Assembly (NCBI GenBank): GCA_001512685.1
Contig: LFSG01000054.1
Location: forward strand, 44,310 to 108,309
Direction of reading: 5' to 3'
From: Clostridiales bacterium DTU072
Lineage (GTDB): Bacteria; Bacillota; Clostridia; Christensenellales; DTU072
Length of the DNA: 64,000 bases
Below, piece by piece: positions 49,316 to 59,090 of the stretch (positions within the stretch are counted from its first letter, which is position 1; every line of letters begins with the position of its first letter). The position numbers and the translations under genes were made by a program. The notes under the pieces were generated by a model. It saw only the letters and a list, made by a program, of their open reading frames with translations. It was not told the DNA's origin and ran no database searches.

Positions 49316-52300
49316 TTAAATTTTTGATAGTTCTATTTCTCTGTTTTTGTTGATTACATAAATAATCTGTCGATGAACTTTTATGCCGAGCAAGCTTTCT
49401 ACCGCCAATTTATAGAGGTCAAGCTGGGCTTTGTAGCGTTTTTTGATGTTTTCCTCGCCGCTTCGGGTAAACTTAAAATCCGCAATTATGTTTTCTTTGC
49501 CCAAAATCAATAAATCTATGGCTCCCTGCACCAGAACCTTATCGGCAACGCGGGAAGCCTTATCGATTAAATTATACGGCAAATACAGCATAAATTTTTT
49601 CTCTTTGACATAATTGCCGCTTTGCCGCGCTTTTTCCAGAATTTCACTGTTAAGCGTCGTTACCATTATATTTAAATCCAGACTTTTTGTTTCCTCTTCT
49701 TTAAGTTTGCCCTCTTTGATAAACTTTTTTATTTGTCTTTCAATGTCGGCTTTTGATGTCAAAGAAAAATCCAAAAACTCAATGAGCTTGTGATAAATCA
49801 CTCCTTCGGCCACCCTTTCTTCTTGGGTAAGATAAACCGTTTTGGGCTCATATTCCTCTTCCGAATAGTCTTCTGTTTTGCTTAATTCGGTAACGCTGAA
49901 TTTAAGGGGCAAACGAGAGCTTTCCATATGCGGATAGGGCTTTTTCAGCAAGCTTAAATCCAAATATTTATTTTCGGCGATAACGATTTTTTCCTCTTCT
50001 TTTGCTTCCTCGTTTTCAAGCGGGCCTTTATAGAAGTAATCCGCTATGCGCTTGTTTTTCTTTTTTGCGAGATTAATCCATTGAGCGAAATTTTCCTGAT
50101 TATCGGCATACGAGCTTTTGCTGTCCTTATCTTCCCCCACGATAAACAAATGGTTTTTGGCTCTTGTGAAGGCCACGTACATAAGGCGCATCAATTCGGC
50201 TTTTTCAATAAACCGCTTCTTAAGTTTGAACCCTTTGGTTATCAAAGTATCCAGCTTAAGCTTGTCTTTTTCGTAAAAGTATTTGACCGCCATGCCGAAT
50301 TCGTTGTCCAAAAACAAATCATTGTCGTTGTCATGGGAATGCGTAAACCCTCTGTGCGCGTTAGCCACAAATACTATGGGGAATTCCAAACCCTTGCTGT
50401 TGTGTATAGTCATAAACTTAACGGCATCGGCATGGGAAGGCGCGGATACGCTGTCGTCAAACACCTCGTCAAAAAATTGTAAGAAAGAAGGGATATTGGC
50501 GGCGTAATCCTTGCCCTTGACGCCGTTGATAAAGGAATTAACCTTAGATATCGTTTCTTCGCCCTTACTCAGCAAATAAGCGTCGAAGCCCTCCCGCATA
50601 ATCGCCGACAAAATATCGTAAACACCGCAATAGGAAGACATCGTTCGATGTTTTTCTATTTTTTCTTTAAGCAAATGAATCTTATTTTTAATAGTTTGGT
50701 CGCCTTTATAGTTAATTACGGCTTCCCAAAATGGCGCTTTAGTGTCGCTTTTTCTTATTTCCGCCATTTGGCGGTCGCTGAAATCGAAAAGCGGAGACTG
50801 CATGACTGCCGCCAGCGGAATATCGTTTGCGGCGTTGTCTATAACTCTTAAGTAGTCGGCAAGCAGATTTATTTCATATATTCTTTCTTTTTCAAAACCG
50901 GGGGCGGTATAGGGGATTCCCCTTTTTTTGAATTCTTGCATTATGTCTTTGCCGTTTCTTGAATACATTAAAATGGCGATATCTTTATACTGCGCCAATC
51001 TTTTTGTTTTTATGGAGGAATCGTAAATATATTCCTTGCCCGCCATGCTTTGGATTTTTTGAGCTATATATTGAGCCTCGAAGCCGGTATCCCTTTCGCT
51101 TTCGCCTTTGTCTCCCATAACGCTGTAAACGGAGGGCAAGGCCTCTTCTTCTTGCTTTTCTTTTTTATAAAGCGCTATTTCCACCGCCGGCACTTGGGAT
51201 ACTATGGGGTAAACAAGCTCGGGTTTGCATTCCAGCTCGGCGTTTCCTTTATAGTCCACGCCGCCAAACTCGGCGGTCATAATCTGATTGAAAACAAGGT
51301 TTACAAAATCAAGGATTCTCTTGTCCGAACGAAAATTCTCATTCAATTTTTGGTTTTTGCCTTTGGCGCCGTCGCCGTATTCTTTTTGGCGGTTGAGGAA
51401 TATTTCGGGGCGGGCGAAGCGGAATTGATAAATCGCTTGTTTGGGGTCGCCCACCATAAACAAATTATTGTCGCGGCAAATAAGGTTTATTATTTTTTCT
51501 TGTATATAATTGGTGTCTTGGTATTCGTCCACAAAAACATAATCATAGCTTTCCGAAATAATTTTGCGCAAGCGGGGATTCTCGAGTATGCGCAAAGCTG
51601 TCTTGGATAAATCGGCAAAATCGAATTTATTTTGTTCAAGCTTGCTTTCCGCATATTTTTTTCTAACCCGCAAAGTTATGTCCAAAAGCGTTTTTATATC
51701 GCTAAAACTGCAGTTGAGAAGCTGTCCGCCGTTATTGTAATAATCGTCAAAATCTTCCCTTAATTTATCGGTATATTTTTTTGCTTGCGTCCTTAATTCG
51801 GACACTAAAGAAGCGAATTCCGCTTCTGCCTGGTCGGCTTTTTTGGAAGGAATCCTTTGGGTAGCCAAAGGCAGGTCCAACGCCTCAGCGAACTCTTTGA
51901 CGCTTTTAGCGCTCATACAGCATTCAAGGTATTCCATAATATTATTTATTATATCCTTATAAACAGAGGGCATAGATTGCGCCAAAGTCCAAAGAGCTTG
52001 AGCTTCCTCAAGCAGCCTTTTCAACCTTTCCCTATGGTAACGCATATAAAACACCGTGGCGGGGTGACTTTCTATATCCCCTGCGATAAGTTTAAGGCTG
52101 TAATCAATAAATTCCCGCTCGTCAACGCAGTAATCCAAATATTCGCTTATTCTTTTTACCGCCGCTTTCAAAGGGCCAATATCTCTATTCCTGATAAATC
52201 TTTCCAAAAACGCCAAAATTTGTTTTTTGTCGTCGCCTTGCAAAATCTCGGCCGCCAATGACTCAATGCATTCGTTAAACAACAGCCTGCTTTCTTTTTC

Positions 52301-52675
52301 GTCCAACAGCTCAAAAGAAGGGTCCAACCCCATTTCGGCAAAATATTTTTTATATAAACCAAAACAAAAGCTGTCTATCGTGCAAATACTGCTGAAATTG
52401 ATTAATTCCAGCTGTTTTTTCAAATGAGTGTCGCCGGTGGAGCGTATTTCGGCGTACAGTTTCCTGATAAGCTTTTCTTTCATTTCGGCGGCGGCGGCGT
52501 TGGTAAAGGTCATAATAAGGAATTTGTCTATGCTGCCGCCTTTTTTCAACAGGCCCAGCGCTTTCTCCAGCATAACGGCGGTTTTCCCGCTGCCCGCCGA
52601 AGCACTTACCAATTGATTGCCGTCGCACTCAAGCACTTGACTCTGCGCCTTGGTCCATTCTATTTTTTCAGCCAT
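49316..52675 (-). CDS. addA: ATP-dependent helicase/nuclease subunit A (UvrD-like helicase plus PD-(D/E)XK nuclease)
   Basis: Walker A ASAGSGKTAV, helicase motifs FVDEYQDTN and FMTIHNSKGLEF, C-terminal nuclease QGAIDLL...DFKF. Start set to ATG at 52675 (MAEKIEW), overlapping addB by 8 nt. Confidence 0.9.
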   Translation of the reverse strand: MAEKIEWTKAQSQVLECDGNQLVSASAGSGKTAVMLEKALGLLKKGGSIDKFLIMTFTNAAAAEMKEKLIRKLYAEIRSTGDTHLKKQLELINFSSICTIDSFCFGLYKKYFAEMGLDPSFELLDEKESRLLFNECIESLAAEILQGDDKKQILAFLERFIRNRDIGPLKAAVKRISEYLDYCVDEREFIDYSLKLIAGDIESHPATVFYMRYHRERLKRLLEEAQALWTLAQSMPSVYKDIINNIMEYLECCMSAKSVKEFAEALDLPLATQRIPSKKADQAEAEFASLVSELRTQAKKYTDKLREDFDDYYNNGGQLLNCSFSDIKTLLDITLRVRKKYAESKLEQNKFDFADLSKTALRILENPRLRKIISESYDYVFVDEYQDTNYIQEKIINLICRDNNLFMVGDPKQAIYQFRFARPEIFLNRQKEYGDGAKGKNQKLNENFRSDKRILDFVNLVFNQIMTAEFGGVDYKGNAELECKPELVYPIVSQVPAVEIALYKKEKQEEEALPSVYSVMGDKGESERDTGFEAQYIAQKIQSMAGKEYIYDSSIKTKRLAQYKDIAILMYSRNGKDIMQEFKKRGIPYTAPGFEKERIYEINLLADYLRVIDNAANDIPLAAVMQSPLFDFSDRQMAEIRKSDTKAPFWEAVINYKGDQTIKNKIHLLKEKIEKHRTMSSYCGVYDILSAIMREGFDAYLLSKGEETISKVNSFINGVKGKDYAANIPSFLQFFDEVFDDSVSAPSHADAVKFMTIHNSKGLEFPIVFVANAHRGFTHSHDNDNDLFLDNEFGMAVKYFYEKDKLKLDTLITKGFKLKKRFIEKAELMRLMYVAFTRAKNHLFIVGEDKDSKSSYADNQENFAQWINLAKKKNKRIADYFYKGPLENEEAKEEEKIVIAENKYLDLSLLKKPYPHMESSRLPLKFSVTELSKTEDYSEEEYEPKTVYLTQEERVAEGVIYHKLIEFLDFSLTSKADIERQIKKFIKEGKLKEEETKSLDLNIMVTTLNSEILEKARQSGNYVKEKKFMLYLPYNLIDKASRVADKVLVQGAIDLLILGKENIIADFKFTRSGEENIKKRYKAQLDLYKLAVESLLGIKVHRQIIYVINKNREIELSKI

Positions 52676-55600
52676 TTCCCTTTCCTTCCTTAAATTTTTC
52701 CAATTTGACATTCGCCAAATTTCTCGGGGTTATGTCCTCGATGTCGCAAAGGCTCTTATAAGGGCAATATCTGCATTCGATATTCTCGTTTTCTTTAAGC
52801 GGGGCTTTGGCCGAATAACCGCGTGAAATCTCCTCAATTGCTTTAACGGACACTTTTTTTACATAATCCATAATATGATAAAAATCTTCTTCGCCGATAA
52901 TATTTTGATTGGCGTTATACTTTACCTTGCCGTTTTTCAAGGTAGCGCTCACGCCTATGATTTTGGAGTCCATTTTTTTGTTATCTTGCTCGTAAGAAGA
53001 AGGAAGGAACAAGCGCTTGTCAAATTGCCTTAAGGTTTCTTCCGAGCCTTCCATCTGCCCTATCATTCTGAACCGGTCGACGGATTTCCTGTAGCCGTCT
53101 TTAATGGGCAGGTAAAAAGCGCCGCAAGGCTTATATCCTTTGCTTTCAAGCGCGCTCATGTAGGTGTATAATTGAATTTTTTTGCCATAGAATATGTACT
53201 TGTATTTTTCTATTTTGGCATTTCCCGTTTTGTAATCAATCACGGCGGCTTTATCGCCGCAAACATCCACTCTGTCTATCTTTCCTCTTATTTTGAAAAG
53301 CCCTTCTTTGGTTTCCAGTTTTATAGCGCCAAATCCCCCTTCTTCGTTGTCGTCAAAACTCAATTCTATGTATTTGGGCGTGAAGCAGGAATTTTTAATG
53401 TTTTCCAACAAAGACTTAATCACATATAAGCATTCTTTTTTTATGTTAAGAACCGCGTCGACGCTGGGGATATTTTCTTTTCTCAAAACCTCCTCAATCG
53501 CCGCCGCCGTTTCTTCCTCAATTTCCTCGTCGGTCAGCGATCTGATTCTGCTAAGGTTTTTAGTAAAAAATAACTCTAAGAAATTGTGTATTATGATACC
53601 TATGTCCACCACCTTTAACTTGGCGGTCTTTCTTTCCTTTAATTTTAATCCATGCTGCAAATAATGTCTGCGCGGACAGCAAAAATAGCTTTCCAATTGC
53701 GTTACTTTGGTTATGTAATTGCCTTGGTCGTCCTTAATAAAATAAAAATCCTTATATTCGTACGGCTCGTCGTCTTTTTGTTTGTTTAAGCTTTCCAGCC
53801 TGTCTTTATATCCGCAATCTAAAAGGAAATCCCGCGCGCATTTTCGGTAAGCGGGTTTCACCCTTCCCCCCGCGTATTCGTAAAAGGCGTTTTCAGCGCT
53901 TACCAAGTTATATATAAGCTCTTCCTTTTCGTCAAATTCGGGATGGGATATGCCTTCTTGTATTTTTATGTTCAGTAAGCAGCTTATATCCTCAATGGCT
54001 TCCCCTTTTTGCATGGGCTGTCCCGTTAAATCGTAGTCCGAACAGCTTATATATAGCCTTTGGCTCTTGCATATCAAATCCGCTGCCACAAATTTTTCCA
54101 AAGCGTTGGTTTCCAAAGGGTTGGGGCGCAAATCCAATCCGCATTGCTTCAAATTCTGCATATCGGCAAAAGTCAATATAGGTTGTTCGCCGCTTTTGAA
54201 AGGGAAATAGCCTTCGTTGGCGCCTACAATAAACATGGCCTTAAGACCGATAAAACGGCTTTCCGACGTGTTCCCCACAAAAACGCTGTCCAAAAAGCGG
54301 GGCAACAGCGCGAATTCCATGCTCTTTACGCCTTCGGTGAGCAACGCGTAATATTCCCGCAAGCTCATTTGACTTTCGCCGAGTATGTAATTGATTTCGT
54401 CAAGCAAATCGGGCAGCCTTTCCGCCGACTGCAAAGAAGCGCCGTAAAGCATGTCGTTTTCGTCGCCCTCCAGCCGCTTGTTCGCCAAAAGCGCAAGCAA
54501 GCTGTCCGTAATTTGGCTTACCTTGCCTGTCTTTACCACTTTGTCAATGGTGTCCGCATAAGACGCCCTGACAAATTCCGTTGAGCTGTCTTCAATGTCC
54601 GAGAAAGGAGATAAGAACATATCGTAATTAATATTTCTTTCCAAACAGTAATTTTCAAAATCTTCAATCTGCCTTGCCGAAAATCCCATATAAGGATGTT
54701 TGACCACGTTCAAGACCTTGTCCAATCTGTTGTTATACAATATCGCTTGCAAAACATAAATAAGGAATTTAGCGGCGGCGCTGTGAGCGGCGGTGTATTT
54801 CTCGTCTATAAAGTAAGGAATGCCGCACCTTGAAAAAACGTCCTTTATGCAATTCTTGTAATCCTCTTGACAGCACACAAGCGCCATATCCTTATATCTT
54901 AAGCCCTTATCCCTCACTAAATAAGCGATTTCTTTAGCTACGCTCCTTATTTCCTCGTAAGGATTTTTTCCCGTAAAAAGATAGACTTTATCGCAATCTT
55001 TTATTTTTAAGGCCGGCTTGCCGAAAGCAAACAGCTTTCTGTTCAAATAATCAAAAGGCGAAGGCAGTTTCTCAAAAAATTTCCTTTGTTCCACCGCTAC
55101 GCCTTTCTCACCCGCCCAACAGGCAATTTCCTCGATTTGGCGGGCATTGAAAAAGTCTTCTTCGCCGCCGCCCGTCGCTATGGCCACGGTAACGCTTTTT
55201 GCGGCAAGACAAAGCTCTTGAATAATATTCTTTTGAAGTTCGGAAAAAATATTAAAGCCTACTATATAAATATGACTTTTGTTTACCCAATCGCTATCTT
55301 TCAGTAACCCAATCATTTGTTTATAGCGCGAAATGGTGTCGTCATAGCCGCTTTGCAAGGCTTGATCGTATTTTTCGTATATCAGCGCGATATCGGCATA
55401 CTTGCACCGTGACCTTGCGTCAAGCGCCTCGGTGTTTTTTTTCAGCATTTGCGGCGTAATTCCCGAGGTTCTTAAAGAAGCGATTACGGCGAACATTTGC
55501 TTGGCAAAACCGGGCGATACGGACAATTTATCGTAATATGTAAATATGTCCATATTTTCCATCATTATTTTTTTCATGAGCATAACGGCGCCTTCTTTGG

Positions 55601-55841
55601 TAAGAAAACGCCTTTTTGAATAAGCAAGTTTGGCGGCGAATTTAGAGAAGCTGAGCACATCGATATTAAAGCTTCCGCGAAGCCCCAGCGTGTCGTAAAT
55701 CTCTTTCTCTTGAGACAGCGTAAACCTGTCCGGCGCTATTACGATATGGGAACTGTCTTGAGCAAGCCTTTTGCCCAACGAAGCTATGGCGTTGGTTATG
55801 GCGCAAGATGTTGTGTTGGACAAGATTATTTGCAAATTCAT
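52668..55841 (-). CDS. addB: ATP-dependent helicase/nuclease subunit B
   Basis: 1057 aa upstream of addA. C-terminal nuclease GKIDRVD...VIDYKTG. Fe-S cysteines CPRRHYL and CRYCPYKSLC. Confidence 0.88.
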   Translation of the reverse strand: MNLQIILSNTTSCAITNAIASLGKRLAQDSSHIVIAPDRFTLSQEKEIYDTLGLRGSFNIDVLSFSKFAAKLAYSKRRFLTKEGAVMLMKKIMMENMDIFTYYDKLSVSPGFAKQMFAVIASLRTSGITPQMLKKNTEALDARSRCKYADIALIYEKYDQALQSGYDDTISRYKQMIGLLKDSDWVNKSHIYIVGFNIFSELQKNIIQELCLAAKSVTVAIATGGGEEDFFNARQIEEIACWAGEKGVAVEQRKFFEKLPSPFDYLNRKLFAFGKPALKIKDCDKVYLFTGKNPYEEIRSVAKEIAYLVRDKGLRYKDMALVCCQEDYKNCIKDVFSRCGIPYFIDEKYTAAHSAAAKFLIYVLQAILYNNRLDKVLNVVKHPYMGFSARQIEDFENYCLERNINYDMFLSPFSDIEDSSTEFVRASYADTIDKVVKTGKVSQITDSLLALLANKRLEGDENDMLYGASLQSAERLPDLLDEINYILGESQMSLREYYALLTEGVKSMEFALLPRFLDSVFVGNTSESRFIGLKAMFIVGANEGYFPFKSGEQPILTFADMQNLKQCGLDLRPNPLETNALEKFVAADLICKSQRLYISCSDYDLTGQPMQKGEAIEDISCLLNIKIQEGISHPEFDEKEELIYNLVSAENAFYEYAGGRVKPAYRKCARDFLLDCGYKDRLESLNKQKDDEPYEYKDFYFIKDDQGNYITKVTQLESYFCCPRRHYLQHGLKLKERKTAKLKVVDIGIIIHNFLELFFTKNLSRIRSLTDEEIEEETAAAIEEVLRKENIPSVDAVLNIKKECLYVIKSLLENIKNSCFTPKYIELSFDDNEEGGFGAIKLETKEGLFKIRGKIDRVDVCGDKAAVIDYKTGNAKIEKYKYIFYGKKIQLYTYMSALESKGYKPCGAFYLPIKDGYRKSVDRFRMIGQMEGSEETLRQFDKRLFLPSSYEQDNKKMDSKIIGVSATLKNGKVKYNANQNIIGEEDFYHIMDYVKKVSVKAIEEISRGYSAKAPLKENENIECRYCPYKSLCDIEDITPRNLANVKLEKFKEGKGNG

Positions 55842-55916
55842 AAATAAATCTTATCACAACAGCGCTTGTTATTCAAGCTTGACAAATAAACACCCGTCAA
55901 CCAAAACGCAATTTAA

Positions 55917-55946
55917 TTGACTTTGGGTTTGCCTTCGTCTTATAAT
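55917..55946 (+). promoter_or_regulatory. SigA-type promoter of the lipoprotein gene
   Basis: TTGACT (55917-55922)-18 nt-TATAAT (55941-55946). AGAGGA RBS before the ATG at 55987. Confidence 0.5.
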
Positions 55947-55986
55947 AAATAAAATCATTGATAATAATAAGTGTAAAAGAGGAATC

Positions 55987-56775
55987 ATGAAAAAGTTTTT
56001 TGCTGTAACGATATTGCTTGCCTTAGTGTGTTTTGCCTTTACGGCATGCAATTCCCCCACTCCTCCCGGTTCAAGCTGGGCGGATAAAGAAATTTTGACA
56101 TACGAGGTCAAAAGAGGAGAAGAAGACTTGGGCGTTTTAACCGCGATAACTGAAAGAAATCCGTCCGACAAAACAATAGGCGGAAAGAGTTACCCCGCCG
56201 CCACCACCCGCTATACGATAAGTTATTCATTTGGCGACACTCAGATTGAAACGGTGGCTTTGCTTAAAGATTTTACGCCGCTTGCCAGTTATAAGAAAAT
56301 TACGGGGGCAAAAAATTACGAACTGACGGCTTATTACGAAGGAAAATATTATCATTATACTTTAGCGAATTCCGAGCAAAGCAGCGGAAAAATTAAAGTC
56401 AAGGGCGAAACAATAGACAATGAGTTGCTTTATACTTATATCAGATGCCAAAATCTTAAAGAGGGCATCAATAAAGCCCTTAACATTCCCGACGCCTTCA
56501 CGGATAAGCTTGAAGGCGTAAGCGTAGTATCGCAGGGTACGGAAAAGCTAAGCGTTCCCTATCCCGATCAAACCAAAACCGCCGATTGTTACAAAATAGC
56601 CATAGTCAGGAACTCCACTCCGATAGGAAAGCCCATTTATGTTTATTACACTCCCGACAATTCGGAAAACACGATAATCGGAGGCTTGGGCTCCATGAAC
56701 AATTCCACCAAAGTGCCCGTAAAGATTGTGGAAAACGATATTACTTACACGATAAAAAGCATATCCGTTTTATAA
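55987..56775 (+). CDS. Hypothetical lipoprotein
   Basis: 262 aa with a signal peptide and lipobox-like cysteine (LALVCFAFTAC). No family recognised. Confidence 0.65.
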   Translation: MKKFFAVTILLALVCFAFTACNSPTPPGSSWADKEILTYEVKRGEEDLGVLTAITERNPSDKTIGGKSYPAATTRYTISYSFGDTQIETVALLKDFTPLASYKKITGAKNYELTAYYEGKYYHYTLANSEQSSGKIKVKGETIDNELLYTYIRCQNLKEGINKALNIPDAFTDKLEGVSVVSQGTEKLSVPYPDQTKTADCYKIAIVRNSTPIGKPIYVYYTPDNSENTIIGGLGSMNNSTKVPVKIVENDITYTIKSISVL

Positions 56776-56798
56776 ATTGAACTTATCAAATAAAAGTT

Positions 56799-56828
56799 AA
56801 CGCCTTCCTTGCGGAAGGCGTTTTTTAT
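56799..56828. terminator. Bidirectional intrinsic terminator between convergent genes
   Basis: Stem AACGCCTTCC/GGAAGGCGTT (56799-56808 / 56813-56822) with loop TTGC, then TTTTTTATT. An A-run lies on the other side. Confidence 0.75.
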
Positions 56829-56831
56829 TAA

Positions 56832-58985
56832 TTATTTCAAATTCAATTCTTTGAGCAATTTATTAAATTTTTTGTTGTCAATTGAGAAATTCTCGTCTTT
56901 GGGCGTATTTTCTTTTGTGAAAGCTGAATAAGCGTCGCTCTTAAGCCTGTCCTCGAATTGTTTGCGAAGCAACTCCTTATGTGTGGTTCCTTTCAAATCA
57001 AGGGCGGTATCTATTTTCAAAAAGCCGTTTTCGTCAATGGAGCCTTCGTCCTTGAAGGGAATAAAGCTTATCATCATGAGGTGAATACCGTAAGAAGTGA
57101 AGGCATAGCCCAAATAAGTTTTATCGTCTTCGACAACAAAAGCGCTTCCGATTTTGGGGTTTTTCTCAAAGAGCTTCCAAGCAAGCCCGGGAAAATCGTC
57201 GCCGTCATAGCTGTGCGGTATGCCTTCGGGCGTTATCAAATAACCGGTATGAGAGGACATGGCGCCGCCGTCGTCGTTATATAAAACCATATAATCCTTA
57301 AACAGTTCCAGCCTTTCTCTGTCGTCCTCGATTTGGCTCAAAGCCTGACTAATCGTTTGATATATCCCGTCATCCCCAAACAATTCCTCTTCCAAATGGT
57401 CGGGGTCAAAAGCAAGCGAGGGACAAAGCCCTTCTCCTTCGTATATGCATTCGCCTTCGTTGTGCTTATGCAAAGGGCAGTCATATTCGGGGTCATAATT
57501 GGGATTGGAGCGGCTGGTTTTCGTATTTTGCGCCACCTTCCAACGAAGGTCCTTAAGCTCGTCTTTATCCCTGTTGCCTTTTTCCTTATCGATAAAAGCC
57601 TTTTGGGTGTCGTCGAACTTAAACAGGATATGAGTTATGGCAAAGAATTCTTTTATGTCATAGCCTTCATTTTGCAAAGCTTGAAGGGGAATATAATACA
57701 CTTTTTCAAGATTCATGGAACCGTCGGACAGGCTCTTGACAAATTTATTTACTTTTTCCTTGTCCGTTGAGAGAATGTCATATTCCTCTTTCTGCCTTTG
57801 CGCCAAAATCCTGTATTCCTGTTCAATGTATTCGTCGGTTACCTGCGAAAGATCGGCCGATCTTTTTATTTCATGCTGCGCCGCCGCGATTACCGCCGTT
57901 TCATACTGGTTTCTGTAATAATATTGCAAGCCTTGGGTTTCAAAATTTATCAACATATCTTTCTTGGCTTGTCTGAAACGACGATAGGCTTCTTTTATGG
58001 CGTCGGTGGTGGATACGTTATAGTTAAAATATTCCGCTTTGTTTTCTTCGGATATTTGGTCTTTGGCTTTATATCTGTCGGGCACGTCGCCTTCTTCTTC
58101 GTCAACTTCGTCTTCTTCCTTTTCTGTGCCGCGGGGCACTACCACTCTGTATTCAAAAGGTTGGGATTTATGCTCCCTATAATCGGTTTCGCCGTTCTCG
58201 TCGGTAAAGGGCTCTTCGTAAACAAGTATGACATTCTTGGTTACCACTTTTTGTGATTGTTCTTCGGAGCTTAGTTCGGTGCTGAACGTTGCCTCTTTAT
58301 CATACATCGTGGAATTGACGGGCATGGTTATAATTTGATCTTCCACGCCTTTCTTTTCGATGACCACTTCCAATTTCACTTTGGTTTCGTCCAGCTTTTC
58401 GTCTTTAAGATATTCTTGTTTGAAGGAGCCTTGGGCAATTCTTATTTCCTTGACCGAGTAGCCTTCTTTGAACCTTATCGACAGCGTTTCCTTGGCTCTG
58501 TTTATCTCGATGTTTTTTTGCTCTTCCTCATATTCTTTAATGTAATTCTCAATCTCTTTTTCAAAGGTTTCATTCACTTCCTTTATTGCCTTGTATCTTT
58601 CGGCATATGTCAGCACGCCCTCGGGAGAGTTGATGTCTATATCGGAATCGTTCCCCGCCATAATGTCTTGTCTGTGGGGCAAACTCTTCAAATATACCAT
58701 GCTCTTGATTATCAGGTATTTTTGATTTATCATATAATCCAATATCTCAGGCATAAAAGATTTAAGGTCGGGAGTTTGTCCGTATTGAGAATATTGACTC
58801 AATAAATAATTGGCGTACGCTAAATATTCGTTTCTCGTTACGGTGAGCTTAATGCCGTCCGAGGTTACCATAGCCAATATCTCGTTCGCCGCTCTTTCTT
58901 TATTTTCCCGTATCAAAAGACATCCCGAAAATATGGAACACAGCAGCGCCGTAAGGATTATTAAAGCCGTTATTTTCTTCTTCAT
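56832..58985 (-). CDS. Large lipoprotein, possibly a SurA/PrsA-N-terminal-like chaperone domain protein
   Basis: 717 aa. Signal peptide plus lipobox (LLCSIFSGC). Lies downstream of mfd, where Clostridia commonly carry a PrsA/SurA-like gene. The domain call is tentative. Confidence 0.5.
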   Translation of the reverse strand: MKKKITALIILTALLCSIFSGCLLIRENKERAANEILAMVTSDGIKLTVTRNEYLAYANYLLSQYSQYGQTPDLKSFMPEILDYMINQKYLIIKSMVYLKSLPHRQDIMAGNDSDIDINSPEGVLTYAERYKAIKEVNETFEKEIENYIKEYEEEQKNIEINRAKETLSIRFKEGYSVKEIRIAQGSFKQEYLKDEKLDETKVKLEVVIEKKGVEDQIITMPVNSTMYDKEATFSTELSSEEQSQKVVTKNVILVYEEPFTDENGETDYREHKSQPFEYRVVVPRGTEKEEDEVDEEEGDVPDRYKAKDQISEENKAEYFNYNVSTTDAIKEAYRRFRQAKKDMLINFETQGLQYYYRNQYETAVIAAAQHEIKRSADLSQVTDEYIEQEYRILAQRQKEEYDILSTDKEKVNKFVKSLSDGSMNLEKVYYIPLQALQNEGYDIKEFFAITHILFKFDDTQKAFIDKEKGNRDKDELKDLRWKVAQNTKTSRSNPNYDPEYDCPLHKHNEGECIYEGEGLCPSLAFDPDHLEEELFGDDGIYQTISQALSQIEDDRERLELFKDYMVLYNDDGGAMSSHTGYLITPEGIPHSYDGDDFPGLAWKLFEKNPKIGSAFVVEDDKTYLGYAFTSYGIHLMMISFIPFKDEGSIDENGFLKIDTALDLKGTTHKELLRKQFEDRLKSDAYSAFTKENTPKDENFSIDNKKFNKLLKELNLK

Positions 58986-59090
58986 ATATGCTCCTAAGGG
59001 TTAAAAGGTTAATTTCGTAACACTAATTATACAATACATAAAAAGCAAATACAAGGATTTTTACCATACTTTAATTTATATAAAATATTG

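Noticed and set aside
55869-56171. A 100-aa minus-strand ORF spanning the addB/lipoprotein divergent region.
   Set aside because: It overlaps the start of the well-supported lipoprotein gene on the opposite strand and the promoter region. It has no RBS and reads as the mirror image of a hydrophobic signal peptide.
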